In this document: positions 45,438-50,725 of the stretch, one piece after another
Layout: each line of letters starts with the position of its first letter
Position numbering within the stretch: the stretch's first letter is position 1
Source of the DNA: an uncultured Actinomycetota bacterium
GTDB lineage: Bacteria; Actinomycetota; Aquicultoria; Subteraquimicrobiales; CAYFXD01
DNA: 50,725 nt
NCBI GenBank assembly: GCA_964347095.1
Contig: CAYFXD010000144.1
Span: 1 to 50,725, forward strand
Direction: 5' to 3'
Translations under genes and position numbers: made by a program
The notes under the pieces: generated by a model
The model's input: only the letters and a program-made list of their open reading frames with translations
Told to the model about the DNA's origin: nothing
Database searches by the model: none

Positions 45438-46079
45438 GTGAAGAATATCATCATTCCGGCACTAATAGCCGAGTCACCGGAGGAATTGTCAAGCATGATC
45501 GAGAAGATGGAGCCTTACTTCGATCTCATGCAACTTGATATTATGGACGGTGGTTTTGTCGGTAATCACTCTCTTGATTTTCCATTTGATCTGCCCGCTG
45601 GCACGCAATACGAGGCCCATTTGATGGTGGAGGATCCGGAAGGATGGATTGATAAGAACTGGAAAAAAGTGCATACTATCTTGGCGCACATCGAAACGTG
45701 CAAGGATCCATCAAACATAATTGAACGATTAAAAGGAATACGAAAAGTCGGCTTCGCTGTTAATCCTGAGACTCCAGTAGAGACGATCTTCGACTACCTT
45801 GATCTAATTGATCAGGTGCAGATCATGACGGTCCATCCGGGACAGTACCGGAGCAAATTCTTGCCCGATGCCTTGAAAAAAGTGCGCAAGCTCAGAGAAA
45901 AGAAGCCGGACCTCAACATAGAAGTTGATGGGGGCGTCAATCCTGATACGATCAAGCAGGCTCAAGAAGCGGGAACAAATATGTTTGTGTCGGGTTCGTA
46001 TATTGTAAAATCAGATGACATTCAGGGGGCGATAAAGACACTGGAAGACATATTGAGAGGTGAGCATGACCGAGATTAG
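45438..46079 (+). CDS. rpe: ribulose-phosphate 3-epimerase
   Basis: LDIMDGGFVGN, HLMVEDP, AVNPETP, IMTVHPGQ, IEVDGGVN, FVSGSYI. GTG 45438 has AAAGGA 7 nt upstream; the ORF is open from 45321. Confidence 0.8.
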   Translation: MKNIIIPALIAESPEELSSMIEKMEPYFDLMQLDIMDGGFVGNHSLDFPFDLPAGTQYEAHLMVEDPEGWIDKNWKKVHTILAHIETCKDPSNIIERLKGIRKVGFAVNPETPVETIFDYLDLIDQVQIMTVHPGQYRSKFLPDALKKVRKLREKKPDLNIEVDGGVNPDTIKQAQEAGTNMFVSGSYIVKSDDIQGAIKTLEDILRGEHDRD

Positions 46080-47853
46080 CGATTTACAGTCGATGGCCAA
46101 CAAGCTCAGAATCCATTCTCTCAAGTCCACAACCGAGGCAGGATCAGGTCATCCGACTTCTTGCTTGTCATGTGCTGAAATAATGAGCTGTCTGTTCTTC
46201 AGCGAAATGGGTCCTAATGACGAATTTGTGTTATCCAAAGGCCATGCAGCTCCCATTCTTTGGGCCGCCTATGCAGAGGCAGGATGTATCCCACGGGAAG
46301 ACCTAATGGACCTTCGCAAGATCGGCAGCGACTTGGAGGGACACCCAACTGCGAGAATGCCTTTGGTCAAAGTCGCCACCGGAAGCCTGGGACAGGGTCT
46401 ATCAGCGGCTGTTGGAATGGCGCTGGCCAAGGGACGGCTTCGGGACAACGATGGCAGGGTCTATGCATTGTTGGGAGATGGAGAGTGTGCCGAAGGCGCA
46501 GTCTGGGAAGCAGCAAGTGTTGCGGACCATTACGGGCTGGACAATCTATGTGCAATAGTTGACGTGAACAGGCTTGGTCAATCCGGTCCGACCATGTACG
46601 GCCATGATGTTGGCAGCTATAAGAGACGATTCGAGGCGTTCGGCTGGCGAGCGGTTGCAATTGACGGGCACAGCGTCGAGGAGATCTTGGAAGCTTTTGA
46701 ACAGGCAAGAAAAGGTCAAAGTCCCTTCGTTATTGTCGCCAAGACGCTCAAAGGAAAAGGGGTATCATTCTTGGAGGACAAGGAAGGATGGCACGGCAAG
46801 CCTGTGAGCCGTGACCAATTAGAGAATGCGCTGGATGAGATGGGAGAGGAAGAAATCGAACTAGCAACCAGAATGGAGCGGCCTCGCGGCCACAGCTATG
46901 ATTATGTTTCCTTTGAGATGACCAAGTATAATCTCGGCGATAAAGTGGCAACCAGAGTAGCATCCGGAAATGCCCTTGTTCGTTTGGGACAAAAGAACCC
47001 GAATGTAGTTGTGTTGGACGGGGATGTAAAGAACTCTACTATGACTCAAGATTTCTTCAAGGCTTTCCCCGATCGATCATTCGAATCGTTTATTGCTGAG
47101 CAGAATATGGTAGGAATGGCCGCCGGATTCTCAGCCGAAGGTTACCTGCCTTTTGTGGCAACATTCTCCACCTTCCTGACCAGGGCTCACGATTTTATCC
47201 GAATGGCCCAATATTCAATGTCCAACATTAAGTTGATCGGCTCGCATTCCGGTGTCAGCATAGGGCAGGACGGCCCTTCCCAAATGGGGCTGGAGGACAT
47301 ACCGATGTTCTTGAGCATGCCCGATGCCGTTGTTCTCTATCCCTGTGACGCTGTTTCAGCCGAGCATCTGGTGAGCGAGATGGCCAGACACAAAGGTATA
47401 TCCTATCTAAGAACTACCAGAGGTGGAACACCGGTCATCTATGAGAATGGTGAAGAATTTCCGGTCGGGGGGCTAAAGGTCCTGAGGCGCAGTGACAATG
47501 ATAATGCACTAGTTGTGGCGGCGGGGGTAACGGTTCATGAAGCACTTGGCGCCTATGACGCCCTAAAAGAGGACATGGTGAATATAAGAGTGGTCGATCT
47601 TTATTCATTGCAGCCCGTCGATGCTGCGTCCTTGGCCAAAAACGCTAAAGAATGTAGCAACAATGTTGTTGTTGTTGAAGATCATTATTGCGGTGGTCTG
47701 GGATCCGTGGTCTCAGCCGCTGTTGACGGAGTGAGACAACTCTGCATCAGAGAGATGCCGAGGTCAGGAAAGCCCGAAGAGCTTAGACATGCGTATGGAA
47801 TTGACTCATCAGCTGTCGTTCAGGCCATCAGGCAAATCCTGAGCAGTTTATGA
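46066..47853 (+). CDS. tkt: transketolase, single-chain short (~595 aa) type
   Basis: GSGHPTSCLSCAEIM, LSKGHAAPILWA, GSLGQGLSAAVGMALA, LLGDGECAEGAVWEA, FIAEQNMVGMAAGF, GSHSGVSIGQDGPSQM. Confidence 0.9.
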   Translation: MTEISDLQSMANKLRIHSLKSTTEAGSGHPTSCLSCAEIMSCLFFSEMGPNDEFVLSKGHAAPILWAAYAEAGCIPREDLMDLRKIGSDLEGHPTARMPLVKVATGSLGQGLSAAVGMALAKGRLRDNDGRVYALLGDGECAEGAVWEAASVADHYGLDNLCAIVDVNRLGQSGPTMYGHDVGSYKRRFEAFGWRAVAIDGHSVEEILEAFEQARKGQSPFVIVAKTLKGKGVSFLEDKEGWHGKPVSRDQLENALDEMGEEEIELATRMERPRGHSYDYVSFEMTKYNLGDKVATRVASGNALVRLGQKNPNVVVLDGDVKNSTMTQDFFKAFPDRSFESFIAEQNMVGMAAGFSAEGYLPFVATFSTFLTRAHDFIRMAQYSMSNIKLIGSHSGVSIGQDGPSQMGLEDIPMFLSMPDAVVLYPCDAVSAEHLVSEMARHKGISYLRTTRGGTPVIYENGEEFPVGGLKVLRRSDNDNALVVAAGVTVHEALGAYDALKEDMVNIRVVDLYSLQPVDAASLAKNAKECSNNVVVVEDHYCGGLGSVVSAAVDGVRQLCIREMPRSGKPEELRHAYGIDSSAVVQAIRQILSSL

Positions 47854-47867
47854 AAGGGGTAAAGCTC

Positions 47868-48701
47868 ATGAAGATATTTATCGATTCGGCAAAATTTGAT
47901 GAGATCGAAGAAGCGTATAGTAGCGGGGCTCTTGACGGTATCACCATCAATCCGTCATTGATCAAGAAAGCAGTGGACGATCTACATGCAAAGGGTGAAG
48001 ACATACAGATGGGCGACTATATAAAGAAGATCTTGCGAACGGCAAAGGGGACCCCGGTAAGCCTTGAAGTTACTGAGTTCAAGTACCAGGGTATGGTGGA
48101 ACAGGGGAGGGGACTCTTTGAAATGTTCAATCCCGTCGCGAACAACGTCTACATCAAGATTCCCGTTAATCCTTCTTTTGAAGGGGAACAGGGCAGAGAA
48201 TTTGAAGGCTTGAAGGCTATTGCCAAGCTGACCAGTGAGGGGATTCCCATCAATTGCACACTGGTATTTACTCCGGAACAGGCTTTGTTGGCCGCCAAGG
48301 CGGGCGCCAAGTTTGTCAGCCCTTTTGCGGGCAGGATTGATGACTACATTCGTAAGATGAACGGCATACCGTTTGAAAAGGGCGACTACTTTCCGGCTGA
48401 AGGCATTTACAGAAACGATGAGTTGTTGGAGGACAACGGCGTGGTCTCAGGAATCGACTTGGTTCAGCAGATAGTAGAAGTATTTGCAGTCCACGATATA
48501 GAAGCCAAGGTTCTGGCCGCAAGCATAAGGAATGCCCGCCAGGCGCGCGAAGCGGCCCTTGCCGGTGCCGACATTGCAACGTTGCCATTCAACGTCATCA
48601 AGGAACTATTTGTTCATTACAAGACGCAAGAGGGAATGAAGTCCTTCACAGACGACATCGTCTTGGCATACGCGGATCTGGTCAAGATAAAGGTGGATTG
48701 A
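47868..48701 (+). CDS. tal: transaldolase / fructose-6-phosphate aldolase family (short-type core with insertions)
   Basis: MKIFIDSAKFDEI, GITINPSL, VYIKIPV (Schiff-base Lys), NCTLVFTPEQALLAAKAGAKFVSPFAGRIDD. Confidence 0.85.
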   Translation: MKIFIDSAKFDEIEEAYSSGALDGITINPSLIKKAVDDLHAKGEDIQMGDYIKKILRTAKGTPVSLEVTEFKYQGMVEQGRGLFEMFNPVANNVYIKIPVNPSFEGEQGREFEGLKAIAKLTSEGIPINCTLVFTPEQALLAAKAGAKFVSPFAGRIDDYIRKMNGIPFEKGDYFPAEGIYRNDELLEDNGVVSGIDLVQQIVEVFAVHDIEAKVLAASIRNARQAREAALAGADIATLPFNVIKELFVHYKTQEGMKSFTDDIVLAYADLVKIKVD

Positions 48702-48801
48702 TGGAGTCTGCCGGGTCATGAGGTGCCCACAGTAGTCAGCCCGCATCCCATCACACTAGCGGAAGCCTAGGGTTGTCTGCCGCTGCCCGGAGTTGTTGAA
48801 T

Positions 48802-49719
48802 ATGCACATTTGGGGACCAATATTTGCCCTCACAACTCCTTTTACGGAGGAGGGAGCCATCTGCTTTGATGCGATGGAGAGGTATCTGGATTTTTTGACT
48901 ACACGAGGTGTCGGCACTGTTATCGTTAACGGTACGACAGGAGAATTTGCCTCCTTGACGTTTGAACAACGAAAAAAGATCCTTGAATTTTGCAGGACCC
49001 ACTTCAATGGCGCGATCATCGATCACATAAGCGCATGTTCGATTCCAGACGTCATCCAGCTGCTCCGGCATGGTGAAAAGTTTGCGGATGCATTTCTGCT
49101 TCTGCCGCCCTTCTACTTTGCTGATCCACCCTTACCCGGAGTCAAGCAGTTCTTTGAACAAATCCTGAGAGCATGCGATATGCCCCTATTCCTTTACAAT
49201 TTTCCACGGCATTGTGGAGTGAGGATCGAGCCTCTTATGCTGCAAGAGTTGGGCAGTAAGTACAAATGCCTGCGGGGGATCAAAGATTCGAGCGGGAATC
49301 TTGCTAACGCAACCAGCTATAAATCAGCCAACCCCGATTTTCAGGTCTTTGTGGGGTCCGATAAGGCCGTGCTAGAAGTGCTGGATCGAGGTCTGGACGG
49401 TTCTGTGACGGGTGGCGGAAATCCTATACCAGAGTGCGTGGTCGGCATTGTTGCTTCGGCCAAAAGCGGTGATAGAAATGAGGCCCAGAGATTGCAGAAC
49501 ATCTTCAACGTCTGGACAGGCTATAGATGCTCAGTTGCATCAAATGAAATCTCAGCAGCAAAAGCTGGGCTCCATTCAAGAATAAGCGGTTTTCCCATCT
49601 GGACGCGCCCACCCCTCCTGCATGAGACTGAGCAGAACCTGAAGCTCATATACCACAAACTCAATAAAGAAATCTTGCCTAGGATCAGGGAAAATCACGA
49701 ACTAATACATGATTCTTGA
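48802..49719 (+). CDS. DapA/NAL-family class I aldolase (dihydrodipicolinate synthase-like), substrate unknown
   Basis: TPFTEEGAICFDAMERYLDFLTTRGVGTVIVNGTTGEFASLTFEQR, LYNFPRHCGVRI, GIKDSSGN (Schiff-base Lys). Confidence 0.8.
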   Translation: MHIWGPIFALTTPFTEEGAICFDAMERYLDFLTTRGVGTVIVNGTTGEFASLTFEQRKKILEFCRTHFNGAIIDHISACSIPDVIQLLRHGEKFADAFLLLPPFYFADPPLPGVKQFFEQILRACDMPLFLYNFPRHCGVRIEPLMLQELGSKYKCLRGIKDSSGNLANATSYKSANPDFQVFVGSDKAVLEVLDRGLDGSVTGGGNPIPECVVGIVASAKSGDRNEAQRLQNIFNVWTGYRCSVASNEISAAKAGLHSRISGFPIWTRPPLLHETEQNLKLIYHKLNKEILPRIRENHELIHDS

Positions 49720-49787
49720 TACAGGGTACCGGATAAAAGCCATGGTCCGAAATCTTGAGTTTTCAAAAATCGAGCATCCAGCATCTA

Positions 49788-50725
49788 TTATCTCAGGTAC
49801 TCCTCAGGAATTTCGTCGGCTTTGGTGATGGCGATCTTGGTGGCGGTGGGACCCAGCACCTGATAGACAAAAGTGGTTGCTGCTATTATGTTGATGGCCA
49901 AAATTCCGATCCTAGCTCCCGCATCGCCATATTGTCGGAAGGTATGAGATGCATCGATGGCAAGACCAATGGCTACCCCTGCCTGTGAGAGCAGTCCAAG
50001 TCCAAGATATTTACGAACGGTCTCCGGTGCTTTGGAGAGTACCGAGCCCCAATAGGCACCTGTGGTCTTTCCGAGAACTCTCATGACGAGATAAGCAAGT
50101 CCGATCAGACCGATCTGGGGAAGAAGATTTATCTTCAGCCGCGCACCGACCAGAATAAAAAACATCAGAAAAATAGGGGCATTTATTGATGAGATCTGCT
50201 CGAACGCAGTCCTGTTATCTCTGGACAGATTTATGAGAATGAAACCCAGAGCCATGTTGGTCAGGATCAGTGACAGGTTGTATAGGTTTGACACTCCTGA
50301 GCAGAAAATAATGGCGCCGAGGATCAGAATAAGTATCTGGCCGCTTTCCTTTATGTATCTGAGGGCGTAGTTCAAAGTAACGCCAGCCGCAGCTCCTACT
50401 AGAAGTGAGCCTCCGATCTCAGCAAGGGGTGTACCTAATGCAGACGCCACAGAGAATTCTTGGGAGCCCAGAAATACTCTGGCAAGAGAAGAGGCAAACG
50501 CATAAATGATCAGGGCTGCCGCGTCGTCGAGTCCGACGACACCAAAGAGAGTTGTCGTCAGGGGTCCCTGCGAACGGTATTGCCACAACACATCCACGGT
50601 AGCAGCAGGCGCTGTGGCTGAGGCCAGTGCCCCAAAGATCAAAGCAAGTGCAAAGTGCGCGGTCAAGGCGTAAATGGAGAGAAAGACCAAAAGGAAGGCA
50701 GCGAGGGATTCAAACGCCGTTATGA
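49788..50725 (-). CDS. cation:proton antiporter family protein, N-terminus cut by the window edge
   Basis: Entirely hydrophobic and multi-helix. ALIFGALASATAPAATVDVL and GVVGLDDAAALIIYAF are typical of Na+/H+-exchanger-family proteins. The frame stays open to position 50725. Confidence 0.75.
   Translation of the reverse strand, partial: ITAFESLAAFLLVFLSIYALTAHFALALIFGALASATAPAATVDVLWQYRSQGPLTTTLFGVVGLDDAAALIIYAFASSLARVFLGSQEFSVASALGTPLAEIGGSLLVGAAAGVTLNYALRYIKESGQILILILGAIIFCSGVSNLYNLSLILTNMALGFILINLSRDNRTAFEQISSINAPIFLMFFILVGARLKINLLPQIGLIGLAYLVMRVLGKTTGAYWGSVLSKAPETVRKYLGLGLLSQAGVAIGLAIDASHTFRQYGDAGARIGILAINIIAATTFVYQVLGPTATKIAITKADEIPEEYLR

Noticed and set aside
1-50725. tRNA, rRNA, transposase, integrase, phage or toxin-antitoxin genes.
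   Set aside because: I scanned the intergenic regions for T-arm-like GTTCGA/GGTTCGAATCC motifs and all ORF translations for DDE, tyrosine-recombinase or serine-recombinase motifs. None were found.

Overview
This is about 50.7 kb of bacterial chromosome, roughly 50% G+C by eye, densely coding on both strands. It holds about 50 genes, mostly with AGGAG-type Shine-Dalgarno sites and frequent ATGA/TAATG start-stop overlaps. I found no rRNA, tRNA, CRISPR array, integrase or transposase. From 5' to 3' the content is as follows. (1) A MacB/FtsX-type ABC exporter pair. (2) Cell-envelope genes: an IF2_N-like repeat protein, an LCP-LysM ligase and a Wzy_C-TPR protein. (3) An alpha/beta hydrolase and a DJ-1/PfpI protein. 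(4) A TetR plus ABC-2 exporter operon with a perfect operator-like palindrome. (5) A second MacB-type pair translationally coupled to an Acyl_transf_3 acyltransferase. (6) A decayed signalling locus with two broken response regulators and a small membrane ORF carrying an internal TGA. (7) aroE-aroK plus a MutY-like glycosylase with no Fe-S cysteines. (8) A CDGSH Fe-S protein. (9) A block of uncharacterised exported proteins. (10) Two paralogous receiver-only response regulators bracketing an antisense PAS gene, next to a GGA-rich candidate sRNA. (11) mscL. (12) ABC-gene remnants. The most unusual locus lies at 30.07-36.94 kb. It encodes HydC/NuoE-like and HydB/NuoF-like subunits and a truncated NuoG/HydA-N-terminal ferredoxin, followed by two paralogous stand-alone GltB-type FMN-domain proteins. 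That is an NADH/flavin input module, possibly electron-bifurcating, attached to catalytic subunits of unknown substrate. The 3' third carries a GyrI-like protein, a YyaL/DUF255 thioredoxin-domain protein, a seven-gene pentose-phosphate cluster (gnd-pgl-glk-zwf-rpe-tkt-tal), a DapA-family aldolase and a cation/H+ antiporter cut by the window edge. LCP, LysM and the overall gene content hint at a monoderm-type or Chloroflexota-like lineage, but taxonomy cannot be settled from this window. All domain calls come from motif recognition by eye, not from database searches.
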